Shown piece after piece: positions 41,601-49,979 of a DNA stretch of 64,000 bases. Position numbers and translations under genes: made by a program. Source of the DNA: a virus (Duplodnaviria > Caudoviricetes); IMG/VR virus record IMGVR_UViG_2770939519_000001, positions 13,635-77,634 of that record, one strand, 5' to 3'. Every line of letters begins with the position of its first letter. Position 1 is the first letter of the stretch. Below the pieces are notes generated by a model, which saw only the letters and a program-made list of their open reading frames with translations, searched no databases and was not told the origin of the DNA.

Positions 41601-43239
41601 TCACAACATCAAGAACCGTGCCTATGTCGGCGACGGCAATTCGGTGTACGGCCCCGCGACGATGGCCGAGCATCGCAATCACGTGCACTGGGCGCTCGCG
41701 CAGGCGCTGGGCAGTGCGGCGGGAACCACGATTCCCAATGAGGCGTGGGACGGGTTGTCGGCGGCGATAGGGCAGGTGCAGCAGTTGCTGTGGCAGCCCA
41801 TGTCGCAGTTGACGGCCTCCATGCCCGATTGGGGTAGCGCGGGGATGGCGCAGATTCCGTCGAAGATGCTCTCGACGGTGATGTCGGCCGTCTCGGAGAT
41901 GGTCGGCAAGTCCAGTGACGTAGGGCTGACGCCGTTCGATATCTCCGCGGGCGCCGCGCAGTGGCGGCCGAATGTGATTGCCGCACTGGAGCGCGAGGGC
42001 TGGGCGGCCGATGAACGCAATATCCGGCTGACGCTGGCGCAGATCCAGTCCGAATCCGCAGGCAATCCGAATATCACCCAGCAGGTCCAGGATGTGAACT
42101 CCGGCGGCAATGAGGCCATAGGTCTGCTGCAGGTCACCCCCGGTACCTTCGCCGCCCATCGCAATCCGGCGCTGCCCAACGATCGCACCAACCCGGACGC
42201 GAATATCAGTGCGGCGCTGCGGTATTACCGCAGCCGCTACGGCAACGACCTCGGCGCGCAATGGGGTCAGGGACACGGCTACGACCAGGGCGGCTGGCTG
42301 CCGCACGGCGGTTGGGGATGGAATCTGTCGGGCAAGGCCGAGCCGGTATTCACCAACGAGCAGTGGCAGCTCATGACCGCGCAGCTGAGTGAGTTAGCCT
42401 CTGCGGTACCGGGTTTGGGCAAGATGACGGTGCCGACCGGGCCCGCGGAATTCGTCGACAATCTGCGCAAGGTCGTGGCGGCCGCGGGCAAGGCGATTGC
42501 CGATCTGGTCCAGGCGCGCGATGCCGCTACGGCGAAGCTGAACCAGAAGGGCAGTACGCCGCAAACCTCACCGGATGCCAGCGGCGGCGGCACGCAGGCC
42601 AAGGTCGATCCGAACACCGTCGATCAGGCCAAGGACGGCCTTGCCACCGGCGAACTCAACACCGACGCGGTGCCCACCGGCAACCGCGACGGCGACATCA
42701 CCCCGACCAACCCGGACCCGGAATCGGCCGCCACCGGCCTCGCCCAGGGCTCCCCGGCCACGGGTACCGACCAGAGCGACAATTCGGGCACCCTCGGCAA
42801 CCCGACCCCGGCATCCCCGGGCGACCCCGCGGGTGCGACCCAGCCGCAGAAGAACACCCAGGACGCTGCCGACGAGGCCTACCGCACAGCGGCCATGACC
42901 ACCCGCGATCCCCAGCACTACCAGCAGATCTGGGATACCGCGGGCAAGAGCTTCCTCAAATCCACCTGGAACCAGTTCACCTCCGACCTGGGCATCACCG
43001 GCAACGGCTTCCTCTCCCAGATCGTGTCCGCGGGCCAGAGCTCCGACAACCAGCTCAACCAGGTCATCACCCATGAGCTGAACAAGAACGACACGGTCAA
43101 AGCCGTCCAGAAGGCCATCGCCGACGCGCCGCGGGTGGTCGAGGAACACATCCACTATCACGTCACCAATATCGAAGAAGCATTGCGTAAGAACGCGATT
43201 CGGCAGCGTCAGAACGCGGCCGCGTTCATCGCGCGCTGA
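35665..43239 (+). CDS. Tape measure protein with M15-like peptidase and lytic transglycosylase domains
   Basis: 2524 aa helical; SGYR...SYHSTGQAGD...HVHW and QSESAGNP...GLLQV...NISAALRY motifs. Confidence 0.95.
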   Translation: MSYIAGHIKITVSPDMSGFTEAVEREFRKTRSDSAADNARDDKAAVERGRARGKAEGVAHGKAFQDASDQHTRPGRGRGMNERLADYEKELRERRKIRRKIEDDDEPVRQRSRAAKKDADWLDDEIRKEESARLRRNRTRQARQEREAENDAKRAAQHAEKLARNSDLTARTARERQQIADALNPAGRNARGRLRGYTRHVQEQILSAGQLTQFSNKQADAWRKAAAAQDRASADYAKAVQASRKADRDVDNAIDDLAQQRATNASRRQVGRAENRLDNALDNQRLANDRKAVAKDAVTRARAEADRAGSEFRSAHALSSYDQTRLDAIVRNVTAQARQRRDFNSGTADSDSNVIGIANRNADLLKRRGANRNDQNAAQTAIAAAAELDSAERKVSQAEIERTRAQERLTRAAVAKHQADAQSITDATRLAAINNELTNAMRARDIAEARVSTTKHYRDVAATRYQGADRSLRDRENVSPVLRAMERVGSGLESRWGALNDKLIYMGRYLSSVGQIAMSSAAALAAFGAVNLLPLISSLGQALAALSSLPAVIVAAGTGIAAIAVGGHGLFSTLKAAGQASKSATADAESAAEKQTDADRRVRESGENLATARRDAARTAASGVRQIVDAEKSVQSAQRTSEDAQKSLTRARKDAAEKIKDLNDALKGNALSERGAKLSALRAEKNLWKVSADPDSDWLDIAEAVQARDEANYNVEQVQAANQKKLEAATEANAKGVEGDDQVVEAKQALIDANSRLAEAQERVGEVVQQVADANDDANRRAERAVESYNDALREQQKVLDTLGKSGAAKTFAEEYRKLSPHARDLVDQVRSLGPEWTKLRTTAQDALTRGLGQAFTDVATKQLPLMRIGFAAINNEINAGLKQSLAVFGSNKAQLDYSAFLGNTTSGFRNLMQAAAPLSRIFIDLSTAGSAVLPRLGQALSDSASRWADRIAGARETGELNAAIDRGIEKMKQFGHVIGNTFGGLRGFFQALRGEGDGLLATLDHSTARFEAWTKSAEGASSIQRVFAAINEKAGQVWSIIKSIVSSVASIVAPVADNFGFTLTVAEKLASAIAKIVDALMSFGPTAKLIEGVLTVFAAMYTLRSLSTVFTGIKSAAMTAYTGIGVAAINARQNMTGYFTGIREESRSTYQLMRGHQADHVEDARGRYSQLQSRAGAAFSGIQTAATSALGGVRSMTSSLVSAMGGWFNVVAIAGVLAFTQISSAISGFNDKVAAAKKDMQEAQQFDLKFKLDLSKALNNSDGLVDEQVKGVMLQKVEQYQKTLDSAISKKTSFADQYGEQWKDTDWWNVGEHLINLIGGDMAIGGLLGGTGGAAPDSYKLDQAADAAKAVKDRLSDLKITNEGLTSALTGSNIEWDRFKVRLLDGSEGGRIAAEQLQRTRDEFVESQKTASRLRDTIDELKSKNLEAADAVEKLTSVLARQRKNNMTQDDAKSQAFSALDELNNFKPVENGGTVFEGDQINLRSENGRRYRALLLSVAGGYDQLASASYQASLSVNNNEGAAAVAAQNATQVITDSVRERIAAYVGEGQALENLITQYQLGPNSLQQRIDAARGGNQAVATAVDPTVPASVANNPTLAALFPALVPGVPQNTQPGGLSSLFPSLPATQPNQVAPQPAPQSAVQQPNPAPQVVPVQLKVPDYSGSLQAYNDYVAAVEAGYNQKLLPAFTGSIDKANALGTAVSGAADTAKPAFELITGYVNGLNIVFGDNLGDQNGALKAWKTLYNTMGIDITAMSDTMFPKLVQALTDLGNQFNTTQSGIATSFGGIKRGVAEPINWLIQNVFNGGLKNAWNAVRQVIPSLPEWTVTVEPITGYYSGGVIPGYTPGRDTQVIAVGGGEAILRPEVVRAIGTDWVHGVNSAARTGGVDKVQQQLGGRFAGAFADGGIVDTMKSAIQERFPGMQLTSGYRNEPGSYHSTGQAGDFSDGTDDTPGMQRLAAWIASNFLGSTMELIHQPFNHNIKNRAYVGDGNSVYGPATMAEHRNHVHWALAQALGSAAGTTIPNEAWDGLSAAIGQVQQLLWQPMSQLTASMPDWGSAGMAQIPSKMLSTVMSAVSEMVGKSSDVGLTPFDISAGAAQWRPNVIAALEREGWAADERNIRLTLAQIQSESAGNPNITQQVQDVNSGGNEAIGLLQVTPGTFAAHRNPALPNDRTNPDANISAALRYYRSRYGNDLGAQWGQGHGYDQGGWLPHGGWGWNLSGKAEPVFTNEQWQLMTAQLSELASAVPGLGKMTVPTGPAEFVDNLRKVVAAAGKAIADLVQARDAATAKLNQKGSTPQTSPDASGGGTQAKVDPNTVDQAKDGLATGELNTDAVPTGNRDGDITPTNPDPESAATGLAQGSPATGTDQSDNSGTLGNPTPASPGDPAGATQPQKNTQDAADEAYRTAAMTTRDPQHYQQIWDTAGKSFLKSTWNQFTSDLGITGNGFLSQIVSAGQSSDNQLNQVITHELNKNDTVKAVQKAIADAPRVVEEHIHYHVTNIEEALRKNAIRQRQNAAAFIAR

Positions 43240-43274
43240 GCCGACCACCGACAACCGAATAGGCGAATACTGCT

Positions 43275-44162
43275 GTGGACAACCGCACGCTCGTGGAGAT
43301 CGAAGGCTGCAACGGCAGCTGGTTCACGATTTCCGGGCCCGGCATGGGCGACCAGGGCATCATCCTGGGAACCGATCTCGAAGGCATCTACGACGCGCCC
43401 GTCAAGACCATCTACACCGAGCATGCGCACCAGATCGGCGCGAGTTACGCCGGAATGCGATATCTCAAGCGCGACATCGTATTCGGAGTGTGGATCGACG
43501 GATTCAACGGTGACACCTGGCAGTTCAACGACAGCGAGTGGCGCAAGGCATGGTCCTACGACCGGGACACCAAGATCTGGGTCACCACCCAGGAGTCGGG
43601 CCGCCGCTGTCTGAAGGCGCGACTGTCCGAACAGCCGCAGTTCAAACCGGAGAAGGATCCCAACCTCACCAAATCCGCGCGCGTGGTGATGACCATCGTC
43701 AGCGGTGACCCCTGGTGGTACGAGGAACGCGACTACACCAGCACCTGGGTATTGAGCTCGGGGACGTCGGGCTCGGGCACGGTGACCGTCGACAATCCCA
43801 CCGATCAGCCGGTGTGGATGAAATGGGTGCTCCAGGGCGGCGCGCGATGGACGATCCCCGATTTCAGCTTCGGCGACAACACCTTCGGACGTGCGGTACA
43901 GGACAAGGACCGCAAGATACAGATGCCCAAACAGAAGCCGGGCCAGGAATTCCGCATCGACACCGATCCGCACGAGGATATGCTGCGCGACCCGGCGGGC
44001 ACGCAGGTGTGGTCACTGATGGGCGGCGTGACATTCAACTACCCACTTCCCGCCTACACCACGAGGATTCAGCTGCCGGTGTCGGTGGCCGAAGCCGACG
44101 CCGGAGTCGGCGTGCAGGTGCGGTGCGCGCGCGCGTGGAGCCGACCGTGGGGGCTGGAATGA
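43275..44162 (+). CDS. Distal tail / minor tail protein
   Basis: First gene after the tape measure; DNPTDQPVWMKW. Confidence 0.8.
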   Translation: MDNRTLVEIEGCNGSWFTISGPGMGDQGIILGTDLEGIYDAPVKTIYTEHAHQIGASYAGMRYLKRDIVFGVWIDGFNGDTWQFNDSEWRKAWSYDRDTKIWVTTQESGRRCLKARLSEQPQFKPEKDPNLTKSARVVMTIVSGDPWWYEERDYTSTWVLSSGTSGSGTVTVDNPTDQPVWMKWVLQGGARWTIPDFSFGDNTFGRAVQDKDRKIQMPKQKPGQEFRIDTDPHEDMLRDPAGTQVWSLMGGVTFNYPLPAYTTRIQLPVSVAEADAGVGVQVRCARAWSRPWGLE

Positions 44163-45796
44163 GCGTCCCCACAGTCGATTTCGACGCGGTCTATGAACGA
44201 TTCCGCGCCAACGCCGCCGATGAGCGGTTCCGGCGGCTCGCACCGCCGCTGGTGCGAATCTGGGACGGCAACTGGCAGCTGCGCGGCCGGGTCACCCGCA
44301 TCGTGTCCGCGGAGATCAACGAGGTCAACAACGACACCGGCATGGCCACGATCGAACTGCCGCTGGACTATTGGATCAGCGATTGGGTGGTCAACCTCGA
44401 GAAGCGGACGTCGAATATCCACCTGACCGTGGACAAGGACAATATTCGCTGGTCGGGTCGGATGGATTCGTTCACCGTCCGCAAGAACGCCGACGGTTCG
44501 GGTGTGCTGGCGCTGTCGTTCAAACACGACTACGAAGAACTCAAACACATCATCTGCTATCCGAATCCGTTCCTGCCGCCGGAGGTGCAGTTCCCGAAGT
44601 TGTGGTTCTGCTTCGGCCCGGCCAAGTGGGCGCTGAAGCTGACAGCCCACTTGAACATCATGCGGCTCAACGGCAAGTTCTGGGACCTCAGCCCCGACCC
44701 CATGGATCCCGCCTACTGGCCCTCCGACGGCCGCTCCAGCTGGTCGATGGTGGTCAAGCCCGATCCGATCGGAATCGACAATTCCCTTCCCGCGCTGGTG
44801 ATCTCGCGCATGAAGTCGCTGCACGACGCCAGTAAGAAGATCGTCGCCGACGCCCAGTTGACCTGGACCTTCCGCCGATTCCTCCCCGGCGACCCCGAAC
44901 CGTGGCCCGGCGCGAACCTGCGCTACGGATGTCTGGTCATCGACCTCGAGGACCGCTCCGGATTCACCAAGGGCACCAGCTTCTTCGGCGATCTGTTCGG
45001 CGGCCTGGTCCGCGCGTTCGTCAACCTCGGCTCCGACGGCCTGAAAGAGGGCATCGACATCATCGACGACCCCTCGATACCGGCCGAATACCGCGACCCC
45101 GACTTCAAAGGCACACTGCCGGAAGCACCCTGGGTGATCTACCGCGACGGCCCGCACACCGGCATCCAGACCAGCGAGTTCACCGTCAAACCCGCCACCG
45201 ACGTCGGCGTCATCGCGGGCGGCCACTCACCGGCGGGCGTGAACGAGCTGATCGGCGCGGCCATCCAGACCGTCGGCGACCTCATCGCGGCCGCGGTCTT
45301 CGTCCCGCCGATCGGCGGCGCGCTGGACCGGATCCTGGCCCCGCTCTACACCGATGTGCTGTTCAGCTTCGGCAAGTGGGGATTTCCCGACCGCAAGGCG
45401 AAACTCGGCTGGTCGCACTATCACGAGCATTTCCAGGAGGGCGCGGACAAGGCCTACAGCCTCGGCTGGCTGCTGGCGATGCGCGCCGGGCAGTGGGCGA
45501 CCCGGGAGACGACCAGTCATGAAGTGGTGGTCGCCGATGGTGCGCCGTACCATATCGGTGGCCGGGGATTCGGACATTTCTACCTCGGCGACCGCGTCGG
45601 CTCCACCGTGCGCGGTATGGCCCCGGGCCGCGTATTCGTCGACCGCGTCACCCAGGTGTCGCTGGCATGGAACCGCGAGCAGGCGCCCGGCTGGAAGATC
45701 ACCGTCGGCCAACGCGAAGACCAGGACCCCGTGATCAAGGCATGGGAGCAACTGCGCGAAATCCTCAGCCTGATACAGGATCTCGGCGTGCTGTGA
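44159..45796 (+). CDS. Minor tail (baseplate hub) protein
   Basis: LVRIWDGNW...RWSGRM...FYLGDRV; ATGA overlap. Confidence 0.85.
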   Translation: MSVPTVDFDAVYERFRANAADERFRRLAPPLVRIWDGNWQLRGRVTRIVSAEINEVNNDTGMATIELPLDYWISDWVVNLEKRTSNIHLTVDKDNIRWSGRMDSFTVRKNADGSGVLALSFKHDYEELKHIICYPNPFLPPEVQFPKLWFCFGPAKWALKLTAHLNIMRLNGKFWDLSPDPMDPAYWPSDGRSSWSMVVKPDPIGIDNSLPALVISRMKSLHDASKKIVADAQLTWTFRRFLPGDPEPWPGANLRYGCLVIDLEDRSGFTKGTSFFGDLFGGLVRAFVNLGSDGLKEGIDIIDDPSIPAEYRDPDFKGTLPEAPWVIYRDGPHTGIQTSEFTVKPATDVGVIAGGHSPAGVNELIGAAIQTVGDLIAAAVFVPPIGGALDRILAPLYTDVLFSFGKWGFPDRKAKLGWSHYHEHFQEGADKAYSLGWLLAMRAGQWATRETTSHEVVVADGAPYHIGGRGFGHFYLGDRVGSTVRGMAPGRVFVDRVTQVSLAWNREQAPGWKITVGQREDQDPVIKAWEQLREILSLIQDLGVL

Positions 45797-45826
45797 CCGA
45801 AAACTGAATAGAGGACATACGTTTCG

Positions 45827-46273
45827 ATGTTGAAGACCATCGAGGACACCGATTTCGACGACCCCGAAGACCACTTCGCGGCCGCCTTGCAGAACGTCCC
45901 GGGACTAGGCCCCGGCGGTGTGGCGATCCCGCTGGCCTGGGCGCAGATCATCTCCAAACACCTGGTCGAATGCGGATATGTGTTCGCGCCCTGGCTGCGA
46001 CGGCTGGCCGACGCGGACGGCAGGATCGACGTGAAGAATCTGCCCGAGCAGACCAAGAAGCTGCAGCGTCCGGCGCGCGGCCCGAACCACGCGTGGAATC
46101 CCGCGGTGCGCTGGGTGCCCATGGACACCCCCGATCCGGAACCGGTCGTGCTGCCCGACGTCAACACCCTCACCGACCAGGAACGCGGTGCGCTGCTGGA
46201 GATGTTCCGCGCCCGCGGCGACCTGCCCGAGCCGGTCCTCGACGACGACATCGCCCGTGTGATCGAGGGCTGA
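45827..46273 (+). CDS. Minor tail protein, DUF2744-like
   Basis: DPEDHF...HLVECG...RGPNHAWNPAVRWV. Confidence 0.75.
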   Translation: MLKTIEDTDFDDPEDHFAAALQNVPGLGPGGVAIPLAWAQIISKHLVECGYVFAPWLRRLADADGRIDVKNLPEQTKKLQRPARGPNHAWNPAVRWVPMDTPDPEPVVLPDVNTLTDQERGALLEMFRARGDLPEPVLDDDIARVIEG

Positions 46274-46413
46274 GCCTGTCCCGACACCGAGGGAAACATC
46301 TACCACCCGCCCGAACGGCAGGTGAGAATCGGGAGACAACCGGCCGCGATCTCCCCGCGGCCGCAGCTGTCTCGCCGTCGCTGCTTCCCGCACAGGTTCG
46401 TTGGAGTTCCCCG

Positions 46414-47820
46414 TTGATTCGATGCATGCCCCTGAAACAAGGCACCTACACGATCGCCTCCGGGTTCGGAATCCGCGGTGGCAGCATGCATTACGGCCTG
46501 GACTTCGCCGCCGCCGACGGCACTCCGATCTACGCGGCGCAGGCCGGAACCGTTGCCTATATCGGGCCGGCGCAGGGCTTCGCGCAATGGATCGTCCTCG
46601 ATCATCCGGCGCAGGCGGGCGGCGGCACCACGGTGTACGGGCACATGTGGGACGCGCACGCCACCGGATTGAAACTGGGTGATTGGGTCGCGGCCGGACA
46701 GCTGATCGCCTACGTCGGCAACAATGGCGAATCCAGTGGCCCGCATTGCCATTTCGAGGTACACCCGAGCGTGTGGCGGCCGGGCTCGCAGATCGACCCG
46801 GCGCTGTGGCTGGCCGGTGCGACCGAACCGGGCGCTCCGGTGCCGCCGCAGCCGCAGACCTACTTCGGTATCGATATCGCCTCGTATCAGGCCGGGCTGG
46901 ATATGGCCGCGGTCAAGGCCGAGGGCTTCGCCTACGTGCTGGCCAAGGCCACCGAGGGCGACAGCTACGTCAACCCGTTCTACTGCGAGCAGCGCGACGG
47001 TGCGCGCGCGGCCGGAATGCTGTTCGGCGCGTATCACTATGTGCGCGAGGGCAGTTCGGCCGCAGCGCAGGCCGAGCACTACGCCGCGGCCGAGCCGGAC
47101 CGGGCGATACCGGTCATGCTCGATGTCGAAATCGGCTCCGGTGGTGTGGAACTCGTCCGTGAATTGGTCGCCGAGTTCACCGCCCGCGGCTACCGCGTCA
47201 ATCTGATCTACCTGCCCAACTGGTACTGGTCCGGCAATCTGGGCAGCCCCGACCTCACCGGCCTGCCGCCGCTGATGTCGTCGAACTACGTCGACGGCTC
47301 CGGCTACGCCGCCACCCTCTACCCCGGCGACACCCATCGCGGCTGGAACGGCTACGGCGGCAATTCCGTCGCGGTGTTCCAGTTCTCCGACAGGGGCCTG
47401 GCCGCCGGACACGCACTCGACGTCAACGCCTTTCGCGGCACACCCGCCGAACTGGCCGCCCTGTTCGACACCCAGGAGAACGACTTGCCCTACACACCCG
47501 AAGATCTCAAAGCGATCGTCTTCGACTGCCTGAAGACCTACGTCGGCCCGATGGGCAGCGATATCAAAGACATTCGCTTCGAGCTGACCGGCGGCCGCGA
47601 CTCCGGCCAGTACCCGGGCCATCCGTCGCTCTACGACATCCGCGCGGGCAAACCCGGCGCGGAAGTGTTCCACGGCACGGTCACCCGCTTCATCCAGGAA
47701 CTCGACGCCAAGGTCGAAACCCTGTCCCGCGAGAACGCGGTGCTCGCCGAGAGGCTCACCGAACTGCTCGCGCGCCCGATCGCGGCCCCCACCACCGATA
47801 CGGAGAATTCCCATGGCTGA
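46414..47820 (+). CDS. Endolysin: M23 peptidase + GH25 muramidase + C-terminal wall-binding domain
   Basis: HYGLDF...SSGPHCHFEV; GIDIASYQ...KATEG...GAYHY. Confidence 0.92.
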   Translation: MIRCMPLKQGTYTIASGFGIRGGSMHYGLDFAAADGTPIYAAQAGTVAYIGPAQGFAQWIVLDHPAQAGGGTTVYGHMWDAHATGLKLGDWVAAGQLIAYVGNNGESSGPHCHFEVHPSVWRPGSQIDPALWLAGATEPGAPVPPQPQTYFGIDIASYQAGLDMAAVKAEGFAYVLAKATEGDSYVNPFYCEQRDGARAAGMLFGAYHYVREGSSAAAQAEHYAAAEPDRAIPVMLDVEIGSGGVELVRELVAEFTARGYRVNLIYLPNWYWSGNLGSPDLTGLPPLMSSNYVDGSGYAATLYPGDTHRGWNGYGGNSVAVFQFSDRGLAAGHALDVNAFRGTPAELAALFDTQENDLPYTPEDLKAIVFDCLKTYVGPMGSDIKDIRFELTGGRDSGQYPGHPSLYDIRAGKPGAEVFHGTVTRFIQELDAKVETLSRENAVLAERLTELLARPIAAPTTDTENSHG

Positions 47821-48025
47821 TGTTTTCACCAAGGCCGGTCTCGTCGACGCCGGTAAGCGGGCGCTCAAGACCTTCGCCCAGACGCTCGCGGCCTCGCTGG
47901 CCGTATTCACCGGTGTGCTGGACACCAACTGGACCGCCAGCCTCGGCGCGGCCGGTCTCGCGGCCCTGATCTCGCTGCTGCACAACATCGCCGGTGACGC
48001 GGCCGCCTCGGGTCAGGTGCGGTAA
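47813..48025 (+). CDS. Holin (r1t-like)
   Basis: RALKTFAQ, two TM segments, overlaps the lysin. Confidence 0.85.
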   Translation: MADVFTKAGLVDAGKRALKTFAQTLAASLAVFTGVLDTNWTASLGAAGLAALISLLHNIAGDAAASGQVR

Positions 48026-48031
48026 GCCACC

Positions 48032-48433
48032 GTGCCCGACACCCATCCGTGGGTGGTGTGGGCCTCGGTCGTCGTCGCGGTCATCACGATCGCGGCGGCG
48101 GCCGTGCCGAAGGTCCGTGAACTCCTCCGCCCGCTTCTCGACTTCATCTACGGATTCCGTGTGAGCCGCATCAAGCGTCAGGCCCGAATCGAGGCCGCCG
48201 CGGCGGTCCTCAACGATCAGCGCGTCGAACTGCTCTCAGTCCAATTGTCCGGCGTCGCCGCGCAGTTGGACGGCGTGCTGCGCCAGTCGAGAGAGGATGC
48301 CATTCGCTATCAAACCGAAATTGCCTCCCTGCGTACCGAATTGGCGGATACCAAACGTGAGCTCGCCGCCAGTCGAGTCGAAATCGCGGCGCTGCGAGCC
48401 GAATTGGCAGAGTATCGAGGAGCGCAGGCGTGA
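48032..48433 (+). CDS. Membrane protein with coiled coil (lysis accessory)
   Basis: N-terminal TM, C-terminal heptads; after the holin. Confidence 0.65.
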   Translation: MPDTHPWVVWASVVVAVITIAAAAVPKVRELLRPLLDFIYGFRVSRIKRQARIEAAAAVLNDQRVELLSVQLSGVAAQLDGVLRQSREDAIRYQTEIASLRTELADTKRELAASRVEIAALRAELAEYRGAQA

Positions 48434-49275
48434 CATTCCCGGTAGGCAATCCGCCCGACGGCGCGTTCCAGGTCGGGTCGAAGTTCGGTAAGGACCTCAA
48501 CAAGGACACCGCGGTCGCGATCATGACCGGGGGCATCAAGCAGAAGTTCACCGATGTGCGCGGTACCTACAAAGATCAGGTCGAGGATCCGATCAAGGAC
48601 AAGCCGTCCCTGTCGCAGGTGCCGGTCGGATCGCCGATGTGGCAATCGTTTCGGGCGAACGAGGACACCACCTTTCCCCGCACCCAGCTGACCTTCGGCG
48701 CCGCCTCGTCGACCTCCTCCGGCGGCGGCAGCAACAACAGCCACACCCATTCGCTGCGTGTCACGCCGGACTATCAGCCCGCCGGACACGGCGCGAGTTA
48801 CCTCGAACTGGGATACATCCAGGCCCAACGCGACCGAACCTACACCGAGGTCGGATTCATCACCGGCGGATCGGTGACCGCCTTCGGAATCGGCGGCTTC
48901 TACATCGGGGTGTATTCGGTCGACACCGCGACCGGCAACCTGACGCTGCTCAATCCCGTCTCCGCGGCGGTGGATATGAAGGGCAGTTTCGGTGCGACCA
49001 ATACCGAATACCGGTTCAACCTGGGCACCGCGCTCACCGCCAAGCAGGGCGATGTGTTCGCGATCGGACTGCTCCAGGTCACCGCCCTCGGGCAGACCTG
49101 CTCGTCGCTGCTGTGCATCACGATGAACAACATCACTCCGCCGCAGATCAGCTCGGCGTTCCCGCGCAAGAACTACTGCTACGCCGGTGGTTTCTCCGCG
49201 ATTCCCGCGGCGATCGGCGAATCCGCGCTCAACTACAACGAATCGAACAAGGTCCCCTTCTACGTACTGCGATAG
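48430..49275 (+). CDS. Minor tail protein
   Basis: HTHSL motif, beta-rich; overlap coupling. Confidence 0.65.
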   Translation: MTFPVGNPPDGAFQVGSKFGKDLNKDTAVAIMTGGIKQKFTDVRGTYKDQVEDPIKDKPSLSQVPVGSPMWQSFRANEDTTFPRTQLTFGAASSTSSGGGSNNSHTHSLRVTPDYQPAGHGASYLELGYIQAQRDRTYTEVGFITGGSVTAFGIGGFYIGVYSVDTATGNLTLLNPVSAAVDMKGSFGATNTEYRFNLGTALTAKQGDVFAIGLLQVTALGQTCSSLLCITMNNITPPQISSAFPRKNYCYAGGFSAIPAAIGESALNYNESNKVPFYVLR

Positions 49276-49278
49276 GTT

Positions 49279-49659
49279 ATGGCCGACAAGCTCAAGCACA
49301 TCAAGAATTTCTTCGTCGCCAATGTCCTCGACGGCTTCGGATCCCGCCGCTATATCGGGCATCACGATCTGGATCCGGCGCGCAAGTACATCCACAACTA
49401 TGCGGTGCCGGGACTGTATGCGGCGATCATGACCGACGATCCCGACTACGACCCGCAGGGCGCGCCGACCGAGGCCGCCACGAATGCGGCGACACTGGCG
49501 TGGGTCAGCGACCTGCAGCGCGATATGCAGTCGCTCGGACGCATCGACCCGCATGGGGACCTGTATCTGATGATGTGCACGCCGGGCGCTACCGGCTGTT
49601 TCATGGACGACCTGTATGCGGCGTTGGATGCCGACGACCCGGGCTGGCGGTCGCGATGA
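49279..49659 (+). CDS. Hypothetical phage protein
   Basis: Operonic ORF. Confidence 0.65.
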   Translation: MADKLKHIKNFFVANVLDGFGSRRYIGHHDLDPARKYIHNYAVPGLYAAIMTDDPDYDPQGAPTEAATNAATLAWVSDLQRDMQSLGRIDPHGDLYLMMCTPGATGCFMDDLYAALDADDPGWRSR

Positions 49660-49979
49660 CCGCCCCCGGCCAGATCGGACTGCCGCCGCCGGTCGGCACG
49701 ATGAACCTGAAGAAGTTCTCCGGCCTGGAATGGCAATTCCGTTGGTATGCAGGCGAATTCCCCGCCGGAGCGCAGCTGTATCTGCTTGTCGGCGACGACG
49801 ACACCCCGCAGCGCTGGGATTTCACCATCTCCGGTGATATGGCCACCATCGCCATCAAACCCGAAGTGACCGCGGCCATTCCGGACCGGACCGCCTTCTA
49901 CCTGATGTTCAAGGCCAATGCCGCGGCGCTGCCTGTCCAGTTGGAAATGGGCAAGGTCAAACAGTGGAAGGCCAAATGA
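49656..49979 (+). CDS. Tail-associated protein (L5 gp31/LtfC-like)
   Basis: WDFTISGDMATI...IPDRTAFYL; ATGA overlaps. Confidence 0.6.
   Translation: MTAPGQIGLPPPVGTMNLKKFSGLEWQFRWYAGEFPAGAQLYLLVGDDDTPQRWDFTISGDMATIAIKPEVTAAIPDRTAFYLMFKANAAALPVQLEMGKVKQWKAK

Noticed and set aside
40525-42306. 593-aa minus-strand ORF
   Set aside because: Antisense shadow of the tape measure gene; typical high-GC artefact with no motifs
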